A stretch of 63,308 bases of DNA, counting the filler, from Nitrospinota bacterium (GTDB taxonomy: Bacteria; JAUXIQ01): assembly GCA_030620925.1 (NCBI GenBank). It is 13 parts of 13 records of this genome, joined end to end, with 100 filler letters (N's around TTAATTAATTAA, not from the genome) between each part and the next. Parts side by side here need not be neighbours in the genome. Positions count along the whole stretch, not along the records: positions 26,295 to 32,203 come from JAUXIQ010000146.1; positions 32,304 to 35,843 come from JAUXIQ010000306.1; positions 35,944 to 46,693 come from JAUXIQ010000032.1; 10 more parts are not named here. One strand, 5' to 3'. Below the pieces are notes generated by a model, which saw only the letters and a program-made list of their open reading frames with translations, did not search any database and was not told the DNA's origin. This document shows positions 29,571 to 41,985 of the stretch, in pieces. Each line of letters starts with the position of its first letter. Position 1 is the stretch's first letter. Both the position numbers and the translations under genes were made by a program.

Positions 29571-29840
29571 CGTAGGAGCGGCATCTTGCAGCGACTGGTT
29601 GCCTATGTGCAAAATAGTAGAGGCGAGTCCCGCGACAGGCGGGACCGCACCCTGGGCAGGCACAAGACTTGCCCCTACAATCGCGCCTATCTCGCGTTCC
29701 GCGGGACTACCTGGCTCTTGTAGGAGCGGCATCCTGCCGCGACTTTGCCTCGGATTGAACACTATCCTATGCAAGGCTTTGGATAAAGACCGTGGGGTTT
29801 GCAAAGGTAGGCGGGATTCTTCGCTGCGCTCAGAATGACA
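29571..29840. repeat. REP-like cluster between the convergent udg and gltA genes
   Basis: GTAGGAGCGGCATC twice, GGGCAGGCACAAGACTTGCCCCTAC, CCCGC/GCGGG palindromes and the GATTCTTCGCTGCGCTCAGAATGACA motif. Confidence 0.8.
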
Positions 29841-29882
29841 GGAATGCGGTCTAGAGGTAAGGATGAATACCGGCTTAAAAAA

Positions 29883-29940
29883 GAGAAGCCGGGCCTCCGG
29901 TCCTGCATATATGGACCGGAGAAACCCGGCTCTTGTTTTT
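29883..29940. terminator. Long hairpin downstream of gltA, probably bidirectional
   Basis: AGCCGGG..CTCCGGTCC / GGACCGGAG..CCCGGCT, with A- and T-runs on the flanks. Confidence 0.55.
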
Positions 29941-29963
29941 AGATTAACCCCTTTTGCCGTTCA

Positions 29964-31121
29964 TTAACGCTGGGCCATGGGAACGTATTTGGCTTCCATT
30001 TCCCCCGTATAGACAGCCCTGGGCCTGAATAACCTGTTTTCCGTAACGTACTCGATCACACGACCAGCCCATCCCGATATACGGGACACGGCGAAAATCG
30101 GCGTGAACAGAGCCGTTTCGATGCCGAAGGCGCTATATATGGTCCCGGAGTAAAAGTCGACGTTGGGGAAAATGCCCCTCTCGCCGTAAGCGGCGATAAC
30201 TTTATCCTCCATCCTCTTGGCCATATCGTAGAGGTCTTTCCGGCCGTGCGCCTCGGTGATCTTCTGCGAGTACTCGCCCAGAATCGTCGCCCGGGGATCG
30301 TAAGCCTTGTAGACCCTGTGGCCGAAGCCCATCAGTTTCTTCTTGGTGGCTATTGCGTCATCCACCCAGGCGTCCACCTTATCCACTGAGCCTATCTCGT
30401 CGAGCATGTGCATCACCTGCTCGTTGGCCCCTCCGTGCAGGGATCCCTTGAGGCTGGCTATACCCGCGGTGATCGCCGAATACATATCGGACATGGAGGA
30501 GGCCACCACCATGGAGGAGAAGGTGGAGGCGTTCATCCCGTGATCTGCGTGCAGGATGAGAGAAACGTCCATGACCCTGGCTGTGTAGTCGTCCGGTTTT
30601 TGACCGTTCATCATGTAGAGAAAGTTGGCTGTATGGTCCAGCTTGGGGTCGGGGTCCACGGGTTTCTTCCCCTTCCGGAAGCGGGTGATCGCGCCGGCTA
30701 TAGTGGCCATCTTGGCGATAAGACTGATACCTATGCTGGTATAGTTTTCAATGGATTCGTCTTCCGCGTTCTTGTCCATCGCACCGAGCACGGAGACACC
30801 CGTCCTCAGTGAAGCCATGGGGTGAGCGGTTTTAGCCACGATCTTCAGCGCATTGATCACTTCTTTGGGGACGGCCCTCTGCTGGACCAATTTCTGTTTG
30901 AAATCATCCAGTTCGCTCTGAGAGGGCAGCTTCCCGAACAGAAGCAGGTAGGAAGTTTCCTCGAAAGTGGAATGCTCGGCCAACTCGAAGATATCGTAGC
31001 CACGGTAAATAAGCTTTCCCTCCTTACCGTCCACGTAACCCATGGTGGATTCGCAAGCGATAACTCCCTCCAGCCCTTTAGCGAACTCAGCCTGACCGAC
31101 AAATTGCTTTTGCTCTGCCAC
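29964..31121 (-). CDS. gltA: Citrate synthase
   Basis: GLEGV, LHADHGMNAST, LHGGANE, MGFGHRVYK and PNVDFYSG. Confidence 0.96.
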   Translation of the reverse strand: MAEQKQFVGQAEFAKGLEGVIACESTMGYVDGKEGKLIYRGYDIFELAEHSTFEETSYLLLFGKLPSQSELDDFKQKLVQQRAVPKEVINALKIVAKTAHPMASLRTGVSVLGAMDKNAEDESIENYTSIGISLIAKMATIAGAITRFRKGKKPVDPDPKLDHTANFLYMMNGQKPDDYTARVMDVSLILHADHGMNASTFSSMVVASSMSDMYSAITAGIASLKGSLHGGANEQVMHMLDEIGSVDKVDAWVDDAIATKKKLMGFGHRVYKAYDPRATILGEYSQKITEAHGRKDLYDMAKRMEDKVIAAYGERGIFPNVDFYSGTIYSAFGIETALFTPIFAVSRISGWAGRVIEYVTENRLFRPRAVYTGEMEAKYVPMAQR

Positions 31122-31268
31122 GGCACACCTCCTTATTTGAATTATTTTAGACTCAGCGGCAGGATTAAGGCATCATTATTTGGTCATTATACCAATCAGC
31201 CTCAATAAGTAAAACAGTAACATCATAACATGGCAAGAAAAAAAGGCAATCCCCAATTTCGGGTTTAA

Positions 31269-32045
31269 TTACGATAGATAATTGAGGAAACCGCCGTCTA
31301 TGTTTATAACTCCCCCCGTTATATATGAAGCCCTTTCGGAGGCCAGAAAAGCCACCAGATCACCGACTTCTTCCTGTTCGCCCAGTCGTCCCATGGGAAC
31401 GTCCTGAAGAACGGTATCCACCGTTTCCTTGGGCCTGCTGCCCCATGCTCCCGCAGTGCGTATGGGCCCCGGGCAGACGCAGTTAACGGTGATATTATCT
31501 CTGGCCACCCCCTTGGAGATGATCTTGTTAAGCGCCAGGAGGATGTTCTTGGTGAAAGAGTACTCAATGGCCTCGTGAAACAGGGGCGCGCCCCCTAATT
31601 CCCGTCCCACTGCGGTGGAGATGATTATTATCCGGCCCCATCTATTCTTCATCATGGTGGGAAGCGCCGCCCGGCAAGCATGAAAAGCGCTGTAAAAATT
31701 CAGCGCCAGGCTGGCCTCCCACTCTTCTTCCGTCAGGTCCATGAAGTGGCCCCGCTTGTATACGCCGCCTACGTTGCACACCAGAATATCCAACCGCCCA
31801 AAACGTTTTACCGTCTCGTCTACTATTCTTAACACCTCTTTCTTCTCAGTAGCGTCAGCGGCGGTTCCCATGACCTCCGTCCCATGCTCTTTGAGCTGCT
31901 GAACGGCCTTCTCCAGTTTCTCTTCGCTGCGGGCGCAGACCGCCACATCTGCCCCTTCCCTGGCCATGCTCTGCGCGGATGCGAAGCCGATACCCTGGCT
32001 GCCCCCCGTCACCAGGGCCACCTTCCCCTTAAGACCCAAATCCAT
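31269..32045 (-). CDS. Short-chain dehydrogenase/reductase
   Basis: TGGSQGIG, YxxxK (YSFTK) and NCVCPG. Confidence 0.93.
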   Translation of the reverse strand: MDLGLKGKVALVTGGSQGIGFASAQSMAREGADVAVCARSEEKLEKAVQQLKEHGTEVMGTAADATEKKEVLRIVDETVKRFGRLDILVCNVGGVYKRGHFMDLTEEEWEASLALNFYSAFHACRAALPTMMKNRWGRIIIISTAVGRELGGAPLFHEAIEYSFTKNILLALNKIISKGVARDNITVNCVCPGPIRTAGAWGSRPKETVDTVLQDVPMGRLGEQEEVGDLVAFLASERASYITGGVINIDGGFLNYLS

Positions 32046-32304
32046 CTCGACCTCCCCCATGAAATCTATTTTTGGATGCTTGCGTTACGGAAAATTCGCA
32101 AAACGGATAGGTATTTCTCTCATAATTCCTTCTCTTAATCAATGCCATTCTGCCCTTCCTGTCAAGCCTCGCCGGAAAGAAAAGAACATTAGTAAATGTC
32201 TCCNNNNNNNNNNNNNNNNNNNNNNNNNNNNNNNNNNNNNNNNNNNNTTAATTAATTAANNNNNNNNNNNNNNNNNNNNNNNNNNNNNNNNNNNNNNNNN
32301 NNNC

Positions 32305-33060
32305 CTCTCGCGTGAGGAGAGGCGAGAAGTCACCCGGACAGTGGTAGAAGAAGCAGGCGGGGGTGTGCCTGTAATATGCGGCATACACGCCGAGGCGACC
32401 TGGGGTGCCATCGAGCAGGCGAATGACGCCAGGGCGGATGGTGCGGGTGCTGTCCTTGTCATGCCCCCCGCAAACTTCAAAGGCGCTACCGCCGCGCCGG
32501 AGGTGGCTTACAGCTTCTTCAGCGAAATCGCACAGGCTGTAGATATCCCCATTATCATTTTCCAATACCCTGAATGGCTGGGTACATCCTATCCCCCCCA
32601 GACCCTGGTCAAGCTGACTGAGATCGAAAGCATCATCGCCGTTAAAGAAGCGGTATGGGAGATCGGCCGCTATGAAGAAGATATTCGCGCCCTGCGCTCG
32701 GCACCACGGAAGATTTCCATCCTCACCGCCAACGACACACTGCTCCTGCCCTCTTTCGTCATGGGCACAGACGGCGCCATTATAGGCCTGGCAAGCCTGA
32801 TACCCCAATGGGCGGTGGACCTCTTCGACACCGTGCGTGCAGGTGATCTGGCCAAAGCGCATCAGATAAACGACCCTATTTTCAGGCTCACTCAACTGAT
32901 CTACAAACCCCCCTTCATGGACATTCATACCCGGATCAAAGAAGGTCTGGTCGTGCTGGGACAAATTGAGAGGTCCACGCCGCGCCTGCCCAGGCTTCCT
33001 TTGAAAGAATCTGAAAAAGCCGCCATAAAAGCGGTTATCGAGGAAATCGGCCTGGTATAA
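32305..33060 (+). CDS. DapA/NAL-family aldolase (5' truncated)
   Basis: GAGAVLVMPP, IPIIIFQY and Schiff-base Lys in IIAVKE. Confidence 0.88.
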   Translation, partial: LSREERREVTRTVVEEAGGGVPVICGIHAEATWGAIEQANDARADGAGAVLVMPPANFKGATAAPEVAYSFFSEIAQAVDIPIIIFQYPEWLGTSYPPQTLVKLTEIESIIAVKEAVWEIGRYEEDIRALRSAPRKISILTANDTLLLPSFVMGTDGAIIGLASLIPQWAVDLFDTVRAGDLAKAHQINDPIFRLTQLIYKPPFMDIHTRIKEGLVVLGQIERSTPRLPRLPLKESEKAAIKAVIEEIGLV

Positions 33061-33341
33061 TCCGTATGTTACGGTTGTGTATAACGTAAAGGATCGAGAG
33101 ATAGAGAACGCCATCGAAATTTGCGCGGTTTTTGCTATAATTGTGATTGAAAATTTCGTTTCAAAGGCAACTGAGTAATCAATAACTGATAGACTGAGGG
33201 GGAGTGGGGAAGAAGCGAAATGACTCTCAGACCCTGCCCGATAAAATCTTACTGAAGCCAAAACAGGCCCTTTAGAGGTTTGCGCCTCGAGAGGGCTTTC
33301 GTTTTACTGAATATGCCTTTTTGAAAAGAGGGGTAAAGGGG

Positions 33342-34880
33342 ATGTTTCTCAGCGAGGTTATCGATATGAGCGCCAGGCGTTATCCGGATAAGGAGGCGGT
33401 CTGTTTTGAGGGGAATCGGTTCACGTTTTCACAGTTTAAAGATAGGTCTTACAGCGCCGCGAACGCCCTGCTCTCAATATCCCGCCGCGGGGACAGGGTC
33501 GCTATTCTCGGCGAGAACTGCCACCAATACGCCGAGCTATACTTCGCGGCGCCCAGCGCAGGGCTGACGCTGGTCCCCGTGAACTACCGGCTCGTGGAAC
33601 GTGAGATAGCATACATAATAAACGATTGCGGCGCCCGCGTTTTCATCGTTACGGATGACTACCTGGATCGCGCAGAAGGCATACGCAGCGATATTCCCGA
33701 CGTCGAGCACTTCCTGTGCATCGGTAAAACCCCGCAGGGCATGATCGATTATGAGGACTTCATAGCACGTTTTCCCACCCACAAACCGGACGTAGCTCTG
33801 AATGAAAAGGACGTGGCATGGTTTATCTACACCAGCGGCACGACGGGTTTCCCCAAAGGGGCCATGCTCACCCATAAGAACATCATATCCAAATTTTTCA
33901 ACCTCACGCTCAGCGGGGATAACACGTCCGATGACGTGTCGATGTTTAACTTCCCCCTGTTTCATATCGCCGGAAGCTCGGCCCTGTCCCTGTTATACTC
34001 TGGTGCTACCGTGCATCTGACGAGGAAATTCGACCCGGAGCAGGCCTTGAGCATCATCGAGAAAGAGAAGGTAACCGTTACCAGTTTTGCGCCCACCATG
34101 TTCAATTTTCTGATGCGTCACCCGGCCCTGGACAAGTATGACACCAGCTCCATCAGGAGGATAGGTTACGGCGCGTCGGCCATGCCCGTGGAGCTGCTGA
34201 AGGCGGGTATCGAGCGGTTTGGAGGGGTCTTCATGCAGGCTTACGGCCTCACCGAAAGCACGGGCACCGTCACCTTGCTCAAGTCTGATGAGCACGTCAC
34301 CGATGGGCCGGAGAAGCTGGTGCGGCGCCTGGCCTCTTGCGGAAAAGAGCTCATGAACGTATGCGTACGGGTGGTAAACGATGAGAGGAACGATGTAGAA
34401 CCGGACGGGCAGATGGGAGAGATAGTTGTGCGGTCTGAGAGCGTGATGCAGGGCTACTGGAACAAACCCGAAGCCACGGCGGAAACCATCGTAAACGGGT
34501 GGCTGCATACCGGAGATATGGCCTGGGTGGATGACGAAGGCTACATTTTTATCACCGACCGCCGGAAAGATATGATTGTGAGCGGCGGGGAGAACATTTA
34601 CCCCAGGGAGGTGGAGGAAGTGATATACCGGCATCCCTCGGTGATGGAAGCGGCGGTTATAGGTTATCCCGATGAAACGTGGGGCGAATCGGTAAGAGCC
34701 ATAATCAAGCTGAAAGACGGTTCGGGCGCCACGGAAGAAGAGATATTGGAGTTATGCAGAGCCAATCTGGCCGGTTACAAAAAGCCGCGGAGCGTCCTGT
34801 TCGTGGAGGAAGAGCTGCCTAAAAATCCCACGGGAAAAATTTTAAAGAAAGCCCTCCGTGAAAAATATGGAAAACCATAA
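33342..34880 (+). CDS. Acyl-CoA synthetase (long-chain fatty acid-CoA ligase family)
   Basis: YTSGTTGFPKG, YGLTE, GWLHTGD, SGGENIYPREVE and PKNPTGK. Confidence 0.95.
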   Translation: MFLSEVIDMSARRYPDKEAVCFEGNRFTFSQFKDRSYSAANALLSISRRGDRVAILGENCHQYAELYFAAPSAGLTLVPVNYRLVEREIAYIINDCGARVFIVTDDYLDRAEGIRSDIPDVEHFLCIGKTPQGMIDYEDFIARFPTHKPDVALNEKDVAWFIYTSGTTGFPKGAMLTHKNIISKFFNLTLSGDNTSDDVSMFNFPLFHIAGSSALSLLYSGATVHLTRKFDPEQALSIIEKEKVTVTSFAPTMFNFLMRHPALDKYDTSSIRRIGYGASAMPVELLKAGIERFGGVFMQAYGLTESTGTVTLLKSDEHVTDGPEKLVRRLASCGKELMNVCVRVVNDERNDVEPDGQMGEIVVRSESVMQGYWNKPEATAETIVNGWLHTGDMAWVDDEGYIFITDRRKDMIVSGGENIYPREVEEVIYRHPSVMEAAVIGYPDETWGESVRAIIKLKDGSGATEEEILELCRANLAGYKKPRSVLFVEEELPKNPTGKILKKALREKYGKP

Positions 34881-35227
34881 ATGAATAACCATCAGGACAG
34901 GCAAAAAAAGACAATAATGAGAAAACCCTGAATTTCCCCTTCGTTTTAGGTTATCGGATCATCTCCGCCTGGCGCTATACCCCTGCCATCAATCGGCATC
35001 AGCCCGACAGCGGATCGTTCGATTAGGAGCCGGTTCTTCATTAAAACGCGAAGTAGTGGGCATATACCCTGTTTGCTTCACATACCCTCCCCCCCGCTTC
35101 CTGTTTCACAGGGGCTGCCATGAGGGTTGTGGTGGAGTCATAATCACAAAGGGCAAAGTGGTGTGCCCTGCCCTTTGTGGTGCGGCAAAAATAGTCAAAG
35201 AATTTTTTCGACCCCTAATTTCAATCA

Positions 35228-35617
35228 CTAAGTTGGCGGCGGGAAGTCGCTATTAAACATATCAACGGCTAACTTCCACGACCCATCAGCCTGTTTTTTC
35301 CAAATTTCAATATATTTCCCTTCATCCTTTAGGATTTGGCCACCCTCTGGTTGAGTGTTGAAAGTGTAGACTCCGACCTCACAAGCCAGGTCGCCGCTGT
35401 AATCCAAGTCCATGGTTTCAATGGTAAAATCCCTCATACCCATTTCCATGAGGCCCTGCAAAAATTCTTGAATGGCTTGTTTCCCGATTACCATTGGATT
35501 GTTAGGCGCAAGCAGTTTCGCATCCTCGTTGTAGAAGGAGGCTACCCCCGCCGCGTCTCCCCGATTCATTGCTTCAACAAACTTGACGTGTATAGACTGA
35601 ATTGCTTCACGAACCAT
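35228..35617 (-). CDS. SnoaL/NTF2-like protein (DUF4440/YybH)
   Basis: GDAAGVASFY and GKYIEIWKKQADGSWK..DMFNSD; RBS AGGAGG. Confidence 0.88.
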   Translation of the reverse strand: MVREAIQSIHVKFVEAMNRGDAAGVASFYNEDAKLLAPNNPMVIGKQAIQEFLQGLMEMGMRDFTIETMDLDYSGDLACEVGVYTFNTQPEGGQILKDEGKYIEIWKKQADGSWKLAVDMFNSDFPPPT

Positions 35618-35675
35618 GATGATTCCCTCCTGTGAGACAGCATTCCCCATACGCAGTTTAGGACACCGTCATTGG

Positions 35676-35843
35676 TTAGCCACTTGGTGGCTGGTATCCC
35701 GCTTCTCCTGCCTTCTTCATGGCTTCAACCCCCTCCTCAATCGTCATCAGTGGGGTGGTCTTGAGGGCTTTCATAGCACCGCTCGCCGAGACAGCCATGG
35801 AAAAGGCTACCATGCTCACGTTATCGGGCATCTCAGCGATCCC
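35676..35843 (-). CDS. GYD-domain protein, C-terminal fragment
   Basis: Manual translation IAEMPDNVSMVAFSMAVSASGAMKALKTTPLMTIEEGVEAMKKA..YQPP. Confidence 0.75.
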   Translation of the reverse strand, partial: GIAEMPDNVSMVAFSMAVSASGAMKALKTTPLMTIEEGVEAMKKAGEAGYQPPSG

Positions 35844-35943
35844 NNNNNNNNNNNNNNNNNNNNNNNNNNNNNNNNNNNNNNNNNNNNTTAATTAATTAAN
35901 NNNNNNNNNNNNNNNNNNNNNNNNNNNNNNNNNNNNNNNNNNN

Positions 35944-36022
35944 CCAGGAGGCCCCTCATCTGGGCGTTCCCTTCCGTTCCATCGGCTCCGAAGTAGTAGA
36001 CATATTTTTGCCCCATCAACAT
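35944..36022 (-). CDS. ppdK: Pyruvate, phosphate dikinase 5' end (second allele, truncated)
   Basis: Near-identical to 21612-21690. Confidence 0.9.
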
Positions 36023-36123
36023 CTCCCCTACGCTGACTTATCGTCTGGTGTCCATGATATCGAATGTTATAAGAATAAAAAAAGTTCTCTCGCTCATTTC
36101 ACATAAATTAAACCGCCTGCAGG

Positions 36124-38187
36124 TCATCCGCTGACCACCACCTCGGAAAAATCGGCCACGGCCGTAAAGAGGTCGGCCACCTTGCACAGCAGTGCCAGAC
36201 GATTGCGCCGCAACTCCTGGTCTTCGGCCATAACCATGACGGAGTCGAAGAAACAGTCCACCGAGTCTTTCAATTCCGCTATTGCGGCCAGGGCCTCCAG
36301 GTAGTGCTCGCCCTCCAGCAGTCCGTCTAACTTAGCTTTCACCTCCGAAGTTTTCGCATCGAGCTTGATCTCGGCGTCCTCAGCCAGCAGAGAATGCTTC
36401 ACTTCGTCAAACCGTTCCGGGGGTATGATGTTCACAACCCTCTTAAAGGTTGTGGTAAGGGCCTCGAAATCGGTCCTCCTGGAAAATTCCGCCAGCGCCT
36501 CCAGCCTCAGCTTCAATCCGGGGAGGTCATCGAAACCCGCTCCCATGGCCGCATTCACCAGATCATATCTGTAATCCTCGGAGAGGAACAGGTTTTCAAT
36601 TCGTCGAGCGAAAAACTCCAGCAGCTCGGCTTTCACCTCTGTCGGATTCTCCGTCTTGAGAATTTCCAGCGCTTTATCCACTGCGCCGCTGAGCGGGAAA
36701 CAGTAGGCGTTATCCATAATTATATTGATGATTCCCAGGGCCTGCCGCCTCAAACCGTGAGGGTCCAGGTTGCCGGTGGGCTTCATGCCGATCCCGAAAC
36801 TGCCAGCCAGTGTATCCAGCTTATCGGCCAGGCTGAGCAGGGCGCCGGTGTGAGTCTCCGGCAGGCTGTCCCCCGAATAGCGGGGGAGGTAGTGCTCATA
36901 TATGCTTCTCGCCACTTCCTCCTTCTCGCCGGAAAGAAGCGCATACTCCCTGCCCATGACTCCCTGGAGACCGGGGAACTCATAGACCATCTGAGTCACC
37001 AGGTCGGCCTTGCAGAGGTAAGCGGCCCGCTCCACCATATCCGGCGAGCTCACGTCCATGACCGATTGCAGGTAAAGGGCGAGCCGGCGAAAGCGCTCCA
37101 TCTTCTGGTAAGAAGTACCCAGCTTCTCCTGGTACAGTACGCGCTTAAGCCCCTCCACATACTCATCCAGAGGTTTGGCTGAGTCTTCCTTAAAGAAAAA
37201 CATGGCGTCCGCCAGACGGGCCCGCAGCACCTTCTCGTTCCCGTGGGCCACCACCCCTATATCCCTGGCTCTGGTGTTGCAAACGGCGATGAAGTTGGCC
37301 ATCAACGCTCCGTCAGGACCCTCAACGGGAACGTAACGCTGGTGTTTCACCATCGTGGTGACCAGCACCTCACGGGGGAGTTTAAGATACTCCTCGTCGA
37401 AGCTCCCCCACACGCCCACCGGATACTCCACCAGATTGGTGACTATGTCCAGCAGATCCTCATCCCCGGAAGCCACCCCGCCGTGAGCCGAAGCCAGCTC
37501 GTGAACAGCCTTTCTCACCATCTCTTTCCTGGTTTTATTATCCACTATCACCGAGTTTTTGGCGGCGGCGGCTAGATAAGCTTCAGGGGTCTTTACCGCA
37601 AAGGCTTTCGGAGCCATGAACCTGTGCCCCCTGGAGAGGTTCCCGCTGGCCACGCCGCCGTATTGAAACTCTACCGTGCGGTTACCGAAAAGACAGAGCA
37701 GCCAGTGAATAGGCCGAACGAACCTGGCCTCCCCCTCCCCCCAGCGCATGGACTTGGGGAAGGGCAACTGGTTCATGAGCTCTGGAATCAGCTCCGGCAG
37801 AAGCTTATATACCTCTTTGCCCCTGTCCACCCTGGCGGCATATAGATACTCTCCCTTGGGGGTCTCCTCAACCTCCAGCTCTTCCACGGTGACGCCGCAC
37901 TTCTCGGCAAAACCCACCGCCGCCCTGGTGGGGTTCCCCTCCTGGTCGAAGGCCGCCTTTTTGGGAGGGCCGAATGTTTTGGTTACCAGCTCTTTCTGCT
38001 CCTCGGCCACGCCCTCAACCATCAGCACCAGGCGGCGTGGCGTCCCCAGTGCAACGGCCTTCCCGGCCTCTATGCGGTTCTTATCCGCCAGATCGCCCCA
38101 CAGTTTTTCCATGGCCCGCAGTGCGGGGTTAAGGTAGTCGGAGGGTATCTCTTCGGTTCCGACCTCCAGCAGAAAATCCTTGCTCAT
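36124..38187 (-). CDS. glyS: Glycine-tRNA ligase beta subunit
   Basis: LLEVGTEEIP, TPRRL, KSMRWG, ARLADAMFF and DPHGLRR. Confidence 0.97.
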   Translation of the reverse strand: MSKDFLLEVGTEEIPSDYLNPALRAMEKLWGDLADKNRIEAGKAVALGTPRRLVLMVEGVAEEQKELVTKTFGPPKKAAFDQEGNPTRAAVGFAEKCGVTVEELEVEETPKGEYLYAARVDRGKEVYKLLPELIPELMNQLPFPKSMRWGEGEARFVRPIHWLLCLFGNRTVEFQYGGVASGNLSRGHRFMAPKAFAVKTPEAYLAAAAKNSVIVDNKTRKEMVRKAVHELASAHGGVASGDEDLLDIVTNLVEYPVGVWGSFDEEYLKLPREVLVTTMVKHQRYVPVEGPDGALMANFIAVCNTRARDIGVVAHGNEKVLRARLADAMFFFKEDSAKPLDEYVEGLKRVLYQEKLGTSYQKMERFRRLALYLQSVMDVSSPDMVERAAYLCKADLVTQMVYEFPGLQGVMGREYALLSGEKEEVARSIYEHYLPRYSGDSLPETHTGALLSLADKLDTLAGSFGIGMKPTGNLDPHGLRRQALGIINIIMDNAYCFPLSGAVDKALEILKTENPTEVKAELLEFFARRIENLFLSEDYRYDLVNAAMGAGFDDLPGLKLRLEALAEFSRRTDFEALTTTFKRVVNIIPPERFDEVKHSLLAEDAEIKLDAKTSEVKAKLDGLLEGEHYLEALAAIAELKDSVDCFFDSVMVMAEDQELRRNRLALLCKVADLFTAVADFSEVVVSG

Positions 38188-39081
38188 CTATTCTCCCGTG
38201 TCGAACTTTCCCATCAGGGGATAGTCCATCTGTTGGCGCTGGTTTATATATTTCTCGCTGCACCCCCGGGCCAGGTTCCTCACCCGCCCGATATACCCCG
38301 TACGCTCGGTAACGCTGATGGCGCCCCTGGCGTCCAGCAGGTTGAAGGTGTGTGAGCATTTCAGGCAGTAGTCATACGCGGGGAGCACCAGGTCCTCATC
38401 AATAAGTCGCTGCGATTCGGCCTCATACATGTCGAAGAGTTTGAACAGCATATCCACGTCGGCCTGGTGAAAGTTATAATGGGAGAACTCCACTTCGCTC
38501 TGATGGTGCACGTCTCCGTACTTCACCGCGCCGTCCCAGACCAGGTCGTAGACATTGTCCACGTCCTGGAGGTACATGGCGATTCGTTCGAGTCCGTAGG
38601 TTATCTCCACCGGAATCGGCTTGAGGTCCAGGCCCCCGGCCTGCTGGAAGTAGGTGAACTGGGTTATCTCCATGCCGTCAAGCCAGACCTCCCATCCCAG
38701 GCCCCAGGCCCCCAGGGTGGGCGCTTCCCAATCGTCTTCAACGAACCTGATGTCGTGGCTCAAGTGGTCGATGCCCAGGTGGCGCAAGCTCTCCAGATAT
38801 ATTTCCTGAACGTCCAGGGGCGATGGCTTGATGATAACCTGATATTGATAGTAATGCTGGAGGCGGTTGGGATTTTCTCCGTAGCGGCCGTCGGTAGGCC
38901 GCCGCGACGGCTCGACGTAGCCTACCTTCCAGGGCTCGGGGCCCAGGACGCGCAGGAACGTGGCGGGGTTCATGGTCCCCGCTCCCTTCTCCACGTCGTA
39001 GGGCTGCTGGATCACGCACCCCCTATCGGCCCAGAATTTCTCCAGGGCCATCACCAGTTGTTGAAAGGTCAGCTTTTCCAT
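38188..39081 (-). CDS. glyQ: Glycine-tRNA ligase alpha subunit
   Basis: [31 protein letters not shown] and [10 protein letters not shown]. Confidence 0.98.
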   Translation of the reverse strand: MEKLTFQQLVMALEKFWADRGCVIQQPYDVEKGAGTMNPATFLRVLGPEPWKVGYVEPSRRPTDGRYGENPNRLQHYYQYQVIIKPSPLDVQEIYLESLRHLGIDHLSHDIRFVEDDWEAPTLGAWGLGWEVWLDGMEITQFTYFQQAGGLDLKPIPVEITYGLERIAMYLQDVDNVYDLVWDGAVKYGDVHHQSEVEFSHYNFHQADVDMLFKLFDMYEAESQRLIDEDLVLPAYDYCLKCSHTFNLLDARGAISVTERTGYIGRVRNLARGCSEKYINQRQQMDYPLMGKFDTGE

Positions 39082-39120
39082 CTAACTCAGATACCCGGTT
39101 AAAAGTTGTCGAATACGGCC

Positions 39121-40716
<1,596 letters not shown>

Positions 40717-40745
40717 TTTCCCTCTCTCTGCCTATCCGGCGGCCA

Positions 40746-41966
40746 TCAATCGTCTTCGCCGATTTTAAAAGACTCGTGCAGCGCCCTCACCGCAAGCTCC
40801 GAATACTTGCTGTCTATGACGCAGGAAACCTTTATCTCCGAGGTGCTGATCATTTGTATGTTTATGTTCTCTTCGGCCAGAGTCTGGAACATCTGGGCCG
40901 CCACCCCGGAATGGCTCTGCATGCCCACCCCCACGATGGACACTTTGGCAATGCTCTCATTGATGGTCACGCCGCCCGCACCGATCTCTTCAGCTATTTT
41001 CTTTACCTCACCCTCCACCTTGCTCACATCACCTCCGGGGACGGTGAAGGAGATATCGGTAATGCCTGCGGTGCTCACGTTCTGGATGATCATATCCACC
41101 ACCACACCGGCATTAGCTATCTGCCCGAAAATTTTTCCGGCGATGCCCGGTTTATCGGGCACGAGGGCTATGGTTAGTTTGGCCTGTTTCTTATCACAGG
41201 TAACACCCGATACCACTACTTTTTCCATGCTTTCGTCTTCGTTGGTCACCAAGGTTCCACTGCCCTCCTTAAAAGTAGATTTAACCAGCAGGGGCACATC
41301 GTATTTCTTGGCGAATTCCACCGCCCTGTTATGAAGCACCTTGGCCCCCAGGCTGGCCATCTCCAGCATCTCATCATAGGATACCTTATCCAGTTTCCTG
41401 GCGTTGCTCACCGTGTTGGGGTCGGCGGAAAAGACCCCCTCCACGTCCGTGTATATAATACACAAATCCGCCTTCAGGGCGGCGGCCAGGGCCACGGCCG
41501 TGGTATCCGACCCTCCGCGCCCGAAGGTGGTGACGTTCTGGTTGCTGCTTATACCCTGGAAACCGGCCACTACCACTACTTTACCCTCTTCGAGCGTCTT
41601 GCGGATGGGCTCCGCATCTATATGGGTGATGCGTGCCCTGGTGTGCGCGTCGTCGGTCTGTATGCCCACCTGTCGGCCGGTGAAGGAGCGGGCGGGATAG
41701 CCCATGGTCTGAAGGGCTATGGCCGCCAGGGCGGCTGTTACGCGTTCGCCAGAGGACATGAGAAGGTCCATCTCCCTTTCGTCCGGGAGGTCCGTGATCT
41801 CACTGGCCAGGCTGATGAGTTTATCCGTCTCGCCGGCCATGGCGGATACCACCGCTACGACGTCGTTTCCCTCGTCCCTGGCCTCAGCTATCTTTTTGGC
41901 CACTTCCTTGATGCGCTCTATACTGCCCACGGAAGTGCCGCCGTATTTATGAACCATCAAACCCAA
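40746..41966 (-). CDS. lysC: Aspartate kinase
   Basis: [22 protein letters not shown] and two ACT domains (STSEIK). Confidence 0.97.
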   Translation of the reverse strand: MGLMVHKYGGTSVGSIERIKEVAKKIAEARDEGNDVVAVVSAMAGETDKLISLASEITDLPDEREMDLLMSSGERVTAALAAIALQTMGYPARSFTGRQVGIQTDDAHTRARITHIDAEPIRKTLEEGKVVVVAGFQGISSNQNVTTFGRGGSDTTAVALAAALKADLCIIYTDVEGVFSADPNTVSNARKLDKVSYDEMLEMASLGAKVLHNRAVEFAKKYDVPLLVKSTFKEGSGTLVTNEDESMEKVVVSGVTCDKKQAKLTIALVPDKPGIAGKIFGQIANAGVVVDMIIQNVSTAGITDISFTVPGGDVSKVEGEVKKIAEEIGAGGVTINESIAKVSIVGVGMQSHSGVAAQMFQTLAEENINIQMISTSEIKVSCVIDSKYSELAVRALHESFKIGEDD

Positions 41967-41985
41967 TTACCCAAAACTCCATTGT

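Noticed and set aside
29491-29838. ORFs 29491-29838 (+), 29526-29804 (-), 9530-9829 (+) and 55420-55647 (-)
   Set aside because: These are read-throughs of REP clusters (VGASLVPA and CHSERSEES-type translations), not genes.
33190-33300. Riboswitch-like leader upstream of the acyl-CoA synthetase
   Set aside because: Hairpins are present, but no recognisable TPP, cobalamin, SAM or glycine consensus.
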